A stretch of DNA of 63,302 nt, filler included, from an uncultured Planctomycetaceae bacterium (GCA_963976765.1; 6 parts of 6 records of this genome joined end to end with filler, not necessarily neighbours in it), one strand, 5' to 3'. Shown: positions 21,301 to 32,473, counted from the first letter of the whole stretch. The notes: a model not told the origin generated them from the letters alone. Translations and numbers: made by a program.

Positions 21301-24210
21301 GGCAATGAAGACAGCGCGATTGCGCTCGACATTGATGCCGGTCTGACAGATTCCAGTGAAGTTCTCACTGTGACGATCTCCGGTGTTCCGGACGGTGCGA
21401 CTTTGTCCGCTGGTACGGATAACGGTGACGGCAGCTGGACGTTAAGCTCAGGCGATCTTGATGGCCTCAAGATATGCCCTGTCCATAATTTTAGCGGATC
21501 GTTTGATCTCGACGTGAGTGCACAATCAGCGGACGGATCAGATGTTGCCAGCGTAAGTGACAGTATCACTGTTGATGTCGAAGGCGTTGCAGACAGACCG
21601 CTCCTTGATGTGTCTGATGCATTGGGCAATGAAGACAGTGCGATCGCGCTTGATATAGACGCAAGTCTGACCGATTCCAGTGAAGTTCTGACCGTTACAG
21701 TGAGTGGTGTTCCTGATGGTGCAATCCTTTCTGCGGGAACAGATAATGGAGATGGCACCTGGACACTTGGGGCCGATGACCTAGAAGGCCTCACAATTAC
21801 ACCGCCGGAAAACTATAGCGGATCTTTCGATCTGAGTGTCATTGCCCGATCCACGGATGGTGATTCTTCTGCATCGACATCAGACCCAATTCGACTGACG
21901 CGGGGCTCAAGCTCTGCTAGCAACACGATTACAGTTGAGGTTACTGGCGTCGCGGATGCGCCGACACTTGATGTGGCGGATGCGTCTGGCAATGAAGATT
22001 CAGCCATCGAGCTTGATGTTGACGCAGGTCTTACCGATAGCTCGGAAGTTCTGACGGTGACCATCTCTGGCGTTCCGGATGGCGCGACCCTTTCGGCTGG
22101 TATGGACAACGGTGACGGCACCTGGACGCTGTCGTCGGGTGACCTTGAAGGTCTGACGATTACACCAGCGGGTGACTTCTCTGGCAGCTTTGATCTGGGC
22201 GTCACTGCTCAGTCTACGGATGGCGAGGATGTTGCCACGACCAGCGGTTCGATCACCGTTGATGTTACGGGTGTCGCCGATGCGCCGACGTTGGAAACAT
22301 CTGATGCCAGCGGTTCGGAAGACAGTGCCATTGCACTCGATATCGATGCCGGTTTGACGGACTCCAGTGAAGTTCTGTCTGTCACGATCTCTGGTGTTCC
22401 GGACGGTGCGACTTTGTCTGCTGGTACGGATAACGGTGACGGCACTTGGACTTTGTCATCCGGTGACCTTGATGGTCTGACGATTACACCTGCGGATGAT
22501 TTTAGTGGGTCGTTTGATCTGGGTGTGAGTGCTCAGTCTGCCGACGGTGAAGATGTCGCCAATGTTAGCGATACCATTACAGTCGATGTTGCCGGTGTTG
22601 CGGATGCGCCGACGTTGGAAACGTCTGACGCCAGTGGCTCGGAAGACAGTGCAATTGCGCTTGATATCGACGCAGGTCTTACCGACAGCTCCGAAACATT
22701 AACCGTAACCATCTCCGGTGTTCCGGATGGTGCGACTCTGTCGGCTGGTACGGATAATGGTGATGGCACCTGGACTTTGTCGTCGGGCGATCTTGAAGGT
22801 TTGACGATTACACCGGCTGATGACTTTAGCGGGTCGTTTGATCTTGGTGTTACCGCCCAGTCTGCGGATGGCGAAAACGTTGCCAATGTTAGCGATACCA
22901 TCACAGTTGATGTAGCTGGTGTCGCCGATGCGCCGACGCTGGAAATGTCTGATGCCAGTGGCTCGGAAGACAGTGCGATTGCACTGGATATTGATGCAGG
23001 TCTGACGGACTCCAGCGAAACTCTGACGGTTACGATCTCCGGTGTTCCGGATGGTGCGACTTTGTCGGCTGGCACGGACAACGGCGACGGAACCTGGACC
23101 CTGTCATCGGGTGATCTTGAAGGTCTGACGATTACCCCTGCGGATGATTATTCGGGATCATTTGATCTGAGTGTGACAGTGACCTCGGCCGACGGCGAAG
23201 ATACTGCGAGTGTCACCGATGTCATCACAGTTGATATTGCCGGTGTTGCCGATACGCCGACCCTTGATGTGATTGACGCGTCTGGTGATGAAGATACCAG
23301 CATCGCGCTTGATATCGACGCAGGTCTAAGCGATGCGTCGGAAGTTCTCTCCGTCACGATTTCTGGCGTTCCCGATGGTGCGAGCCTGTCGGCTGGTGCC
23401 GATAATGGTGATGGCACATGGACGCTGTCGGCGGGAGACTTGGACGGACTGACGCTTACACCAGCGGATGACTATAGCGGATCGTTTGATCTGAGTGTGA
23501 CGGTGACCTCGACCGATGGCGACGATACCGCGAGTGTCTCGGACACCATCACGGTGGATGTTGCCGGCGTTGCCGATGCGCCAACAGTTGAAGCAAGTGA
23601 CGCGTCTGGTGATGAAGATACCAACATTGCACTTGATATTGACGCAGGTCTAAGCGACGCGTCCGAAGTTCTGTCCGTTACGATTTCTGGCGTTCCGGAT
23701 GGGGCAACTCTGTCGGCTGGTAGCAATAATGGTGATGGCACCTGGACGCTGTCGGCGGGTGATCTGGACGGACTGACAATCAAACCGGCGGACGATTATA
23801 GCGGATCATTTGATCTGAGTGTCACGGTGACCTCGACCGATGGTGATGATACCGCAAGTGTTTCTGATACCGTCACAGTTGATGTTGAGGGTGTTGCCGA
23901 CACGCCAACCCTTGAGGTGTCGGATGCCAGCGGTGACGAAGGTAACAGCGTCGCACTGGATATCGATGCCGCCGTGACCGACAGCAGCGAAACGCTCAGC
24001 ATTACCATCAGTGGCGTGCCGTCGGGGGCAACTTTGTCTGCCGGGACCAACAACGGTGATGGCACATGGACCCTGACGTCCGCGCAATTGGTTGGACTGA
24101 CGATTGCGGCGGCCAGTGACTATTCCGGCACGTTTGAGCTCAATGTTTCTGTGCAGTCGCGCGATGGAGATGACACCGCAACGACCACCGCCATTCTTGA
24201 CGTCACGATT
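12301..24210 (+). repeat. 324-bp coding tandem repeat, about 36-37 units
   Basis: Periodicity is visible in DNA and protein. Higher-order identical blocks occur at offsets 1296, 1620 and 3240. Confidence 0.92.
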
Positions 24211-24318
24211 GAAGAAATGGTTGCTGCGGATGAAGTTGTCTGGGGATCTGGTTCGAATGATAGCATCGAAACCGGATCGGGCAATGACACCATCGGTTCT
24301 GGTGGCGGTCATGACACG
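12301..24318 (+). CDS. Giant repetitive RTX-type adhesin (partial at both ends, >4000 aa)
   Basis: Uninterrupted frame of ~108-aa acidic Ig/cadherin-like repeats (EDSAIALDI...GATLSAGTDNGDGTWTL). It ends in RTX-like GSGSND/GSGND/GGGHD nonapeptides. Confidence 0.9.
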
Positions 24319-24418
24319 NNNNNNNNNNNNNNNNNNNNNNNNNNNNNNNNNNNNNNNNNNNNTTAATTAATTAANNNNNNNNNNNNNNNNNNNNNNNNNN
24401 NNNNNNNNNNNNNNNNNN
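24319..24418. other. Artificial contig linker
   Basis: N44-TTAATTAATTAA-N44. Confidence 0.98.
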
Positions 24419-25045
24419 CTAGTGTTCTGAGTCAGAGATTCGTTGGCAAACGTTTTTGACTCGGTTGGGGATGAGGTCTGCGGTTGCCGTCCACCTGAAT
24501 GGCTTCGGTTGGGCGTTGTGTTCTTCGAGATAATCGGCGATGGCCTGTTCGAGTTGGCGGACGCTGCGAAAGGCTCCTCGACGAATTCGTTTGTTGGTGA
24601 TCTCTGCGAAGAAGCGTTCTACCTGATTGAGCCAGGAAGCAGATGTTGGTGTGAAGTGAATGTGATATCTCGGTCGGCGGGCGAACCAGCGACGGACCTT
24701 CGGTGTTTTGTGCGTGGCGTAGTTATCCATCACGACGTGAAGTTCGACACCGTCTTCTTCCGGGATCGACTGGTCAACCTGGTTCATGAACTTCAGAAAC
24801 TCCTGGTGTCGGTGGCGTCTGAGGCATTTGCCAATCACTTCACCAGTAGCCACGTTCAGAGCGGAGAACAGACTGGTTGTTCCATGCCGTACGTAGTCAT
24901 GCGTATGTCGCTCCGGTGAGCCAGGGCTCATGGGAAGCAGCGGCTGTGTTCGGTCCAGTGCCTGCACCTGACTCTTTTCGTCGATGCACAAAATGATCGC
25001 CCGATCTGGTGGATCAAGGTAGAGCCCGACGATGTCCCGAACTTT
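24419..25045 (-). mobile_element. IS630-family transposase, C-terminal DDE part and right end
   Basis: VRDIVGLYL, CIDEKSQVQAL, HDYVRHGT, MDNYATHK, HFTPTSASWLNQVE. Ends ...ACACTAG. Confidence 0.9.
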
Positions 25046-26174
25046 TGGGATACTTCGCTTTGTACTTTTCGAGGAAGTGCGCGAAGGCTTTGTGCGCCGC
25101 TTCATGAGTTTCGGCCTGCCAGATGTCGTGCAGGTCTGACTTGGCTTTGGGCTGAACACACTTCGGCAGGTTGCTGAGCACGTTGGCCGTCTTGTGAACC
25201 CAGCAGCGTCGTTCACGCATCTCAGGAAAGACCTTGCATGCAGCAGCCCAGAAGCCGAGAGCTCCATCGGCAACTGCAACTTTGGGAATCATCGCCAGTC
25301 CGCGATGTTTCAGACCGACCAGCAGTTCGCTTCAGCTTTGTTCGCTTTCGCGATAACCATCGAGGATCGCAATCAGTTCTTTACGTCCATCGGCTGTTGC
25401 ACCGATCAACACAAGAATGCACTGTTTTTGTTGGCTTCGTCCTCCAGCCGGACGTTGACGTGAATGCCGTCGGCCCACACGTAGACGTAGTGCTTCTGCG
25501 AGAGGTCACGCTTCGACCATGTCTCGTACTCATCGGACCATTGTTCCGTTCATTGACTCACGCGGGCAGTCGGACGACGACGTTGGCACTGAGCCCTTTG
25601 GCTCGCTCTCCCACAAGAGCCTGCAGATCTTCCGAGAAGTCTCCTGTAGAAATTCCTTTCAGATACAGCCACGTAATCAGCTCTTCGTCGAGTCCGTTCT
25701 CTTCAGGTACGGCGGCAGCACCTGCGGCGGGAACTGAACACGATCGTCCCTCGAAGGTCTGTCACGGACTCGCGGTTGACGCACCGGAAGTTTGCCGGCC
25801 CCGTCAGAATCTCACGCTCGGGAAGCGACCCATTGCGAACAACCAGGCGGCGTCCCTGTTCGTCACGACGCCCCGAATGTTCTGCAAGAAAGTCATCGAC
25901 TTCCACATCAATCGCCGCCTGAAGCATCCGTATGGCTCCCTCACGAATCAGCTCATCCAGAGGACTGCGCCCCTCGGAGTCTGCTCGAAACGTCACCACT
26001 TCCGGAGCAGGAACTCCACTCTCCGAACTGTCGGCTGGAATCTGATTAACATCTCTCGTAGCGTTTCTCGCGGCGTATCCTTGTGCCCATTGTGGGCGGC
26101 TGAAGACTGAATTCCCTCAGCAGGATACGCCACCTTTCTTCAACACCTCACGCCACGACTTCTGACAGTAACTC
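25046..26174 (-). mobile_element. Degenerate IS256-family element (left end plus frameshifted transposase)
   Basis: LDELIREGA..MLQAAI..EV...VVRNG and AVADGALGFW...RCWVHKTANVL lie in different frames. The probable terminus GAGTTACTGTCAGAAGTCGTGG is at 26174. Confidence 0.85.
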
Positions 26175-26334
26175 AAGATGCAGCGTCTTCAAGTACATCG
26201 AAACGTTCTACAACTCAAAGAGAATTCATCAAACCCTCGGATACCGAACGCCAGACAAATTTGAAGAACTGCATCAAGCAAAAATAGCCGTCTAAAACCT
26301 CACTCCAGGTGTCCACTCCAAATGGGTAATCGCA
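26175..26334 (+). mobile_element. IS3-family OrfB C-terminal remnant and right end
   Basis: VFKYIETFYNSKRIHQTLGYRTPDKFE-stop, then GTGTCCAC...AATCGCA. Confidence 0.8.
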
Positions 26335-26491
26335 GAATCATCTCAAAGGGCTTTTCGGAAGTGTTCGATTTATCAACAGTGAAAACGAACGCACATTCAA
26401 CGAAAGGAAGCCGCAACGATTGCCAGAAAACAACTCATCCAAAGAAACCGCCACCTGAACCAGTAACGTTCAAGATACGGTATTTGGACAG

Positions 26492-27622
26492 TTACCTTTG
26501 GCAATCGCGGAGCACTGTTTCCCAGAGGGCGAAAATTCGTTCGGGGCTGAATTGGTCGTTTACGGACTGGGCGGCGGTTGCCAGGCGGGTTCGCGTTGCT
26601 TCGTCGTTGGCGAGCGACTGCATGGCTGCTGCGAGGGCGATGACGTCGTTGTGAGGAATCAGCAGACCGTTTTTGTTGTGGGTAATGATTTCGGACGGAC
26701 CGGATTCGCAGTCGAAGGCGATCGGGGCGATGCCGTGAGACATTGCTTCCAGGAGTGTGTTCGGAAAGCCCTCGTATCGTGACGGCAGGACGGCGATGGA
26801 CGACTGTGGGATGGCTGACCAGGGAGACTCGATCCAGCCAGGAAAGAGGAGTCGGTCTTTCAGGCCAAGATCCTGGGTGGTTTTCTCAAGGTTGGTTTTC
26901 TCTGGGCCGTCGCCGATAATCGCCAGGTTCCAGGCAGGACACTGTCCGACCGCTTGAGCGAAGGCATCGATCAGACGGTCGAAGCCCTTTTCGAATGAAA
27001 ATCTTCCGATCGCGACAAACCAGTTGCTGTTTCCCTGGAAGTCAAGTTTCGGGCAGTTTGCGGCGGAAACGGCCACCACACTCGGATGTGGCACGGCGTT
27101 GGGGATTACGTGAATCGGCGCGGTTCCGGCAATCGGTGCAAGGGCGGTACGGATGGCTTCCGTCTGTACGACTATCGAACATGCACGTGGATATGTTCGT
27201 TTTCGCAACCACTCCCAGACTCGACCGATGCGGTGGTGTCGAATGTCTGTCCGTTCGGAAATTACTACCTTTAAGTCGGTGCCTCGCACGGCAAGCAGAG
27301 TCAGAACGTTTGTTCGATCGGTGAGGCTGATCACACGGTCCGGAGCGGATTTGATCAGGGCGACACGGAGCGACTGGATTCTCAAGCGATTTGCTTTGAT
27401 CGCTGACCAGATTCCTGTTGAATCGCCCATCACGTTGAGGCCGATTCGCTCAACTTTTGGCGAGAACGTAATCTGGTCATGCTCGACCGAGTCCAGCGTA
27501 ATCAGAGTGACATCTCGCCCGGCGTCAGCCCAGTGGCTGGCCATGGTCGCCGCCGCATGCTCGCTCCCCCCGCCCGTTAGCGAGTGGATCACGATCGTTA
27601 GACGCTGCCAGTTTGATTTCAA
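26492..27622 (-). CDS. Glycosyltransferase family 4
   Basis: SLTGGGSE, VIPNAV, IGRFSFEKGFD, PSRYEGFPNTLLEAM, DCESGPSEII. Confidence 0.92.
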   Translation of the reverse strand: MKSNWQRLTIVIHSLTGGGSEHAAATMASHWADAGRDVTLITLDSVEHDQITFSPKVERIGLNVMGDSTGIWSAIKANRLRIQSLRVALIKSAPDRVISLTDRTNVLTLLAVRGTDLKVVISERTDIRHHRIGRVWEWLRKRTYPRACSIVVQTEAIRTALAPIAGTAPIHVIPNAVPHPSVVAVSAANCPKLDFQGNSNWFVAIGRFSFEKGFDRLIDAFAQAVGQCPAWNLAIIGDGPEKTNLEKTTQDLGLKDRLLFPGWIESPWSAIPQSSIAVLPSRYEGFPNTLLEAMSHGIAPIAFDCESGPSEIITHNKNGLLIPHNDVIALAAAMQSLANDEATRTRLATAAQSVNDQFSPERIFALWETVLRDCQR

Positions 27623-28011
27623 CGTTAGCCCTTTGCGATAAAACCTTGAGAAGTCAATTTAGCGTTCAGATTACCAATGCGATTCGATAGGGGTATTTTC
27701 GAACAAAAGCGGCAAGGCTCGTTCAAAAAGTGACCGGTCGCTGCGAAAACGATCACACGGATGACGATTGCAATCTTCCGTGTCGATCTTGCAAAAGTCG
27801 ATGTCGTTCAGTGCTGACTCAGCCACGAGTTCCAGTCAAAACAAAAACTATTGGAATGGACCGTCCTTAACCTGCCTCTGTTAGTAGGGTTAACTGTTAA
27901 CGATCCCACATTCTTTGTGGTCACGCTGTGTAAGATGCGGAAGATTTAACGTTCTGGATGGGCATTCTGTTCAGTGTTTGGCGCCGTCAGATTATGGTCG
28001 GACATCATGAT

Positions 28012-28027
28012 TGGCCCGGCGTTTGCT
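28012..28027 (+). promoter_or_regulatory. Candidate sigma-54 (-24/-12) promoter
   Basis: TGGCCCGGCGTTTGCT has GG-N10-GC spacing and lies about 165 nt upstream of the ECF sigma ATG. Confidence 0.55.
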
Positions 28028-28192
28028 TTAAGGTCGGCTGTTGACAATGTTTGCTGCCGACATGGCAGCAAATCGAATTGCTTGTAATCCGTTGACGACA
28101 CTTTGCAGTTTACTCAGTGGTCGGGCTCCAACAGAGGGGCCGGGCTTGTCGTAGTCAGCACTCACAAGGTACGAATTCAGGGACTCGAAGCC

Positions 28193-28861
28193 ATGACAAC
28201 TTCAACCAAAGCTACGGTTGCAGAACCTGTCACATTACCAGAAGCGATCACGGAAATTCGTGACTGCCAAGGGATTAACGACGCACGGCTTGTCGAGATG
28301 ACTCGAGAAGGTGGCCAGGAAGCTTTTGCTGAGCTTGTTCGCCGCTATGAAAACCGGTTGATTCGAGTTATTTCTCGATTCATTCTCGACCCCGTTATGG
28401 TCGAAGATTTAACGCAGGAAGTATTCCTGCGGGCCTACCGCCGTCTGGAACTTTTCGATCCTTCTCGCCGATTCGGTCCGTGGTTGTTCCAGATCGGCGT
28501 CAACATGACGCTGGACCATCTTCGCAAGACGCAGCGTCGGATCAAGTGGAGCCTGTTCAGTCAGAATCGTAATGAAGAGCAACGGTCGATTGATCCGGCC
28601 ACTGCAGATCCACGAGACGCATTGGATCTTTCTCAGGAAGTTCGATTAGTTCTTGATCAGATTCCAGAAAAATATCGTACAGTGCTTGTCCTGCGAGATT
28701 TGGAAAACTTCTCGACTTCAGAAATCGCAGCAATCACCAATCGAAAAGAAGCCACGATTCGGTGGCGACTTGCCGAAGCTCGTGCGAAATTCCAGAAACT
28801 CTGGACGGCACGTCAACAACGCGAATCCATTGCCGGCGGGACCGAGGTTGATTACGCATGA
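28193..28861 (+). CDS. ECF RNA polymerase sigma factor
   Basis: AFAELVRRY, EDLTQEVFLRAY, FGPWLFQI (region 2). VLVLRDLENFSTSEIA (region 4). Confidence 0.92.
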   Translation: MTTSTKATVAEPVTLPEAITEIRDCQGINDARLVEMTREGGQEAFAELVRRYENRLIRVISRFILDPVMVEDLTQEVFLRAYRRLELFDPSRRFGPWLFQIGVNMTLDHLRKTQRRIKWSLFSQNRNEEQRSIDPATADPRDALDLSQEVRLVLDQIPEKYRTVLVLRDLENFSTSEIAAITNRKEATIRWRLAEARAKFQKLWTARQQRESIAGGTEVDYA

Positions 28862-29370
28862 AGTGCAGAACTGCTCGACGAAAGATTCGCCTTCTCGTCG
28901 GTAACGATTTAGCTCAGAACGAAGTCGAAGTCGTCCAGGAACACATTGCTGAATGTGATCCCTGTCGACAGCATGTTGAAGACATGCTGGACAGTTCTGA
29001 TATTCTCATAACGTATAGCGAGGAGGCACTGTCGCAACGCAGGACCAGCGTCTGGGAAAGTGTTGTTGAGCAGTTGCCTCCTCAGTCGGATTCAGCGAAC
29101 TCTCCGAGAAGTTGGCAATTGCGGCAGTCGATACTGGTTATCGCTGCCGTTTTCGCGATCAGTACCATTGGAATTCTGCCGGACCTGATTTCAACTTCGA
29201 CGTTCATTGGGCCGTCCGGAATTCAAGTAACCAAACCTGAAAACATTGAGTTGCCGGCTGGCGAGTATGTCCGTCATTACTCGGATCAGAGCTGGCAGTC
29301 ATTGGAAGAACTTGACAGCACGCCTCAAGGAAATCGACGCGGTCCGGTTCGGAACGTCGTTGGCTTTTAG
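28858..29370 (+). CDS. Zinc-finger (zf-HC2/ZAS) anti-sigma factor
   Basis: MKC...HIAECDPC (HxxxCxxC) and one TM segment. ATGA overlap with the sigma gene. Confidence 0.82.
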   Translation: MKCRTARRKIRLLVGNDLAQNEVEVVQEHIAECDPCRQHVEDMLDSSDILITYSEEALSQRRTSVWESVVEQLPPQSDSANSPRSWQLRQSILVIAAVFAISTIGILPDLISTSTFIGPSGIQVTKPENIELPAGEYVRHYSDQSWQSLEELDSTPQGNRRGPVRNVVGF

Positions 29371-29442
29371 AGTTCTTCGAGACAACGATTCTGCTGTCGC
29401 GGCCCGGAGTGTTGTTGAAGAGGTCTCTTATGGAGAGGAGCT

Positions 29443-29472
29443 TTGACAGTGTTGCGGGCTTTGTATTTTAAT
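29443..29472 (+). promoter_or_regulatory. Candidate sigma-70 promoter
   Basis: TTGACA-N18-TTTAAT upstream of the zinc-ribbon/GNAT genes. Confidence 0.35.
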
Positions 29473-29734
29473 CACAGGCTGAAGCAGCTTTGCGTGGTGG
29501 CGGCGGTCGAGAGTCAAAACTCCGTTATCAATTAACGGAACTTCGCGGAGCTTATTCCGGTCTGCTGGCATTCTGGTTAAAAGTTCACAGTCTCCCCCAG
29601 AGACCAGTTTCGCCAGGTGTCCTGAAAAATGGGTTCAGTGTTGAATGCCCCTGCAATGATGCAGAACAAATTTCAGTCGGTATGATCTCGTAATTGTGTT
29701 GGTGAAAGCTGAAATATCTCTTGAGGACTGAAAC

Positions 29735-29959
29735 GTGCCAATTTTCGAATACAGGTGCGGACCCTGCACCAGCGAGTTCGAACTGTTAATACGTGGCGAC
29801 GAAACAGCTGAGTGTCCATCGTGCGGGAGCAGCAAGGTTGAGAGGTTGTTCAGCGCTCCTGCGGCTCCAGTCGTCGGTTACGGTTCGCTCCCGATGGCTC
29901 CGGGGTGCCCGCCTGCAAGTGCTCCGCCGTGCAGTCCGAGCTGCTGCCGACTTCCGTAA
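29735..29959 (+). CDS. FmdB-family zinc-ribbon protein with Cys/Pro-rich tail
   Basis: MPIFEYRCGPC...CPSCGS..VERLFS. GAGG lies upstream of the GTG start. Confidence 0.85.
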   Translation: MPIFEYRCGPCTSEFELLIRGDETAECPSCGSSKVERLFSAPAAPVVGYGSLPMAPGCPPASAPPCSPSCCRLP

Positions 29960-29974
29960 CGGTTGCCCTGCGAA

Positions 29975-30919
29975 ATGATCGAAATTACTCGAGCGGGTGA
30001 GTCGTTGAACGAGGCCTTGCGGCTGCAACTTCAGAATTTCAGCGAAGCCGATCGGCTCACCAGAATCGAGCAGCTTCTTGATTCGGAGAAGCGTCGGATT
30101 GTGTCACTCGACAATTGTCTGGTTTGCAGGATAGGCAGTCGAATAGCCGGAGTCCTGCTGCTCGTCAACCAGTCGGATGGGACTGTCTATGTTTGGCCAG
30201 CAGAAACGCTGGCTGGCCTCCATCCTGCGGACGATGCGGGGATCCGACGTGCCCTCTATCGAGAGGCCACCTGCGTTGTTGACTCGCCAGGGAACTGGAT
30301 TGGCCAATCTCTGCTCGAAACTGATCGGGACGAGCAGTCACGTGAACTGGCGAAAAACGGTTTTCCGCGGCTGACGGATCTGGTTTTTATGAATCGACCG
30401 GTGTCGGCTTTCCCGGAGGTTGCTTCGCATAGCCGAGGGTTGAGGTCGGACGTGTGGAGTAGCGATTCGTTTGACGAGGCGGTCAACGGCGCCGATTTTG
30501 CGAGCCTGGTTGAGCAAACATACGAAAGCACCTGCGATTGTCCAGAGCTGAACGGATCACGAGACGGGTGGGAATCTCTGGAAAGCCATCGCCACTCCGG
30601 ATCTCACCGCCCGGAGTTGTGGCGATTATTTCGCTACGAAGGCCAACCGGCCGGGCTATTACTACTTACTGAGCATCCTCCAGACGCTGTCTGGGAAGTG
30701 GTCTACTTCGGTGTCGCTCCGCAGTTCCGCGGAATGGGTTTTGGTCAGCGGATCCTGGAAGCTGGCATCGATCTGGCTCAAAGAAGAGGGGTGCTTGAAA
30801 TCGTGCTCGCTGTAGATGTCAGAAATACCCCGGCGATGCGTCTGTATGAGCAACTGAAGTTTGAGCAGTTCGATCGCCGGATCGTTCATGCGAGGATTCG
30901 AAAGAAAGTTAGCCTGTAA
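29975..30919 (+). CDS. Tandem-domain GNAT acetyltransferase
   Basis: C-terminal YFGVAPQFRGMGFG...LAVDVRNTPAMRLY, plus a degenerate N-terminal GNAT. Confidence 0.8.
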   Translation: MIEITRAGESLNEALRLQLQNFSEADRLTRIEQLLDSEKRRIVSLDNCLVCRIGSRIAGVLLLVNQSDGTVYVWPAETLAGLHPADDAGIRRALYREATCVVDSPGNWIGQSLLETDRDEQSRELAKNGFPRLTDLVFMNRPVSAFPEVASHSRGLRSDVWSSDSFDEAVNGADFASLVEQTYESTCDCPELNGSRDGWESLESHRHSGSHRPELWRLFRYEGQPAGLLLLTEHPPDAVWEVVYFGVAPQFRGMGFGQRILEAGIDLAQRRGVLEIVLAVDVRNTPAMRLYEQLKFEQFDRRIVHARIRKKVSL

Positions 30920-31388
30920 GACTTTTAAGAATGGCTTTGCGCGTCAACGTCCCAGGAAGGTGCCCGAACCGCGAAAGTGTTCCGATTGTCCGGAATGCGG
31001 AAAGTATTCGAGTCCGCTTCGACGTAAAGTGAAGGCTTGCTGTAGCGGTAATGAGAATCCTTCAGCCTGTATGTCTCGTTCGTCGATTTCTGATTTGTAG
31101 AGGAAGGCAATCCGGGTTCGTTGGTCAGCATGGTCCGGCACGCCTCACAATGTAATCGTTTTATTCAATCGGCCGCTCATCATGCACCGAACTCAGGCAA
31201 CCTGCTCGCGATATCAGTGGCGTCCTATCGGCGATGTCTGCGTCTGTATTTGCCCGGTCTGACGACGAAAGTCAGACCGGCACTTCCGACGTCGCGGAGT
31301 CTTCGCCCGCACACTCGCTCAATTTCCTTCGACCGCCGTTCGAACTGGATAAACCTGAACGGTCGTCGAACCTGCAAGGTTCGCTGCT

Positions 31389-32324
31389 ATGGCTACTGAT
31401 CTTTCTTTACGTGCCCGCATCCCACAGCTCACTGATCGCATCGTCGCGTCCTACCAGGACATTGGGACGATCAATCACCTCGGACACTGTCCGTTGCCCG
31501 GAACGGTAGCAGTGATCGAGATCGCCGAATCGCTCAAAGAGATCCTTTTTCCCGGCTATCGTCGCCGCGAAAATCTCAACATGGACAATGTCGTCTACTA
31601 CGTGGGCGATCTGGTCGATGCATTGCACGACAGTTTGACCGAGCAGATTGCGCGAGCGCTCCGGTACGGGGCTGACGTCCTCAATGAACATTGTGATGGG
31701 GCGAGGGTTTCTGACTTCGAAATGCGAGCGCAGGAAATAGCAATCCAGTTCCTGGAAACGTTGCCCGATATCAGACGAACGCTCGCGTCCGATGTAGCGG
31801 CTGCACACGATGGCGACCCCGCTTCCAAGGCGCAGGACGAGATCATCTTCTGCTACCCCGGCGTCGAGGCCATCACCGTTTATCGCCTGGCCCACGAACT
31901 CCACACGCTGGGTGTTCCTTTAATTCCCAGAATGCTGACCGAGTGGGCTCATAGCCGAACCGGCATCGACATTCACCCTGGAGCCACTATCGGCGGATCG
32001 TTTTTCATTGATCACGGAACGGGAGTCGTTATTGGCGAAACCTGTGAGATTGCCGAAAATGTCAAGCTCTATCAGGGCGTCACACTGGGAGCCGTCAGCT
32101 TTCCGCGAGACGGCGAAGGCAACATCATCCGAGGCCAGAAGCGACATCCGACGATCGAGGATGGAGTTGTGATTTACTCCAATGCGACGGTACTTGGCGG
32201 CGAGACGGTCATCGGCGCCAACTCGATGATTGGCGCCAGCGTCTCGATTATGAACAAGAAAATTGCTCCCAACACGTTGGTCACCGTCGAGAAAGCAAAC
32301 CTCCGTTATCGCGAAGCGTCGTAG
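31389..32324 (+). CDS. cysE: Serine O-acetyltransferase (CysE/EpsC type)
   Basis: [49 protein letters not shown]. Confidence 0.92.
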   Translation: MATDLSLRARIPQLTDRIVASYQDIGTINHLGHCPLPGTVAVIEIAESLKEILFPGYRRRENLNMDNVVYYVGDLVDALHDSLTEQIARALRYGADVLNEHCDGARVSDFEMRAQEIAIQFLETLPDIRRTLASDVAAAHDGDPASKAQDEIIFCYPGVEAITVYRLAHELHTLGVPLIPRMLTEWAHSRTGIDIHPGATIGGSFFIDHGTGVVIGETCEIAENVKLYQGVTLGAVSFPRDGEGNIIRGQKRHPTIEDGVVIYSNATVLGGETVIGANSMIGASVSIMNKKIAPNTLVTVEKANLRYREAS

Positions 32325-32473
32325 CACGACCGTCCCAACGCTGACTATTTACTCTTGAACTGCTCCAGTTGCTCGTTGCTGTGCTGTTCGGCCAGGATGT
32401 GCGTGCAGGATCTGAAAGGGCTCAGTGCCGTTCCTGCTCGAATTGTCTGCTTTTCTGGCCAGGGGAAGTCGTC

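Noticed and set aside
12774..24065. Long Ser/Pro/Val-rich minus-strand ORFs
   Set aside because: These are antisense shadows of the repeat adhesin.
31258..31270. Hammerhead ribozyme core (CTGACGA...GAAA)
   Set aside because: There is no stem II between the core segments, and the bases are tied up in a simple hairpin.
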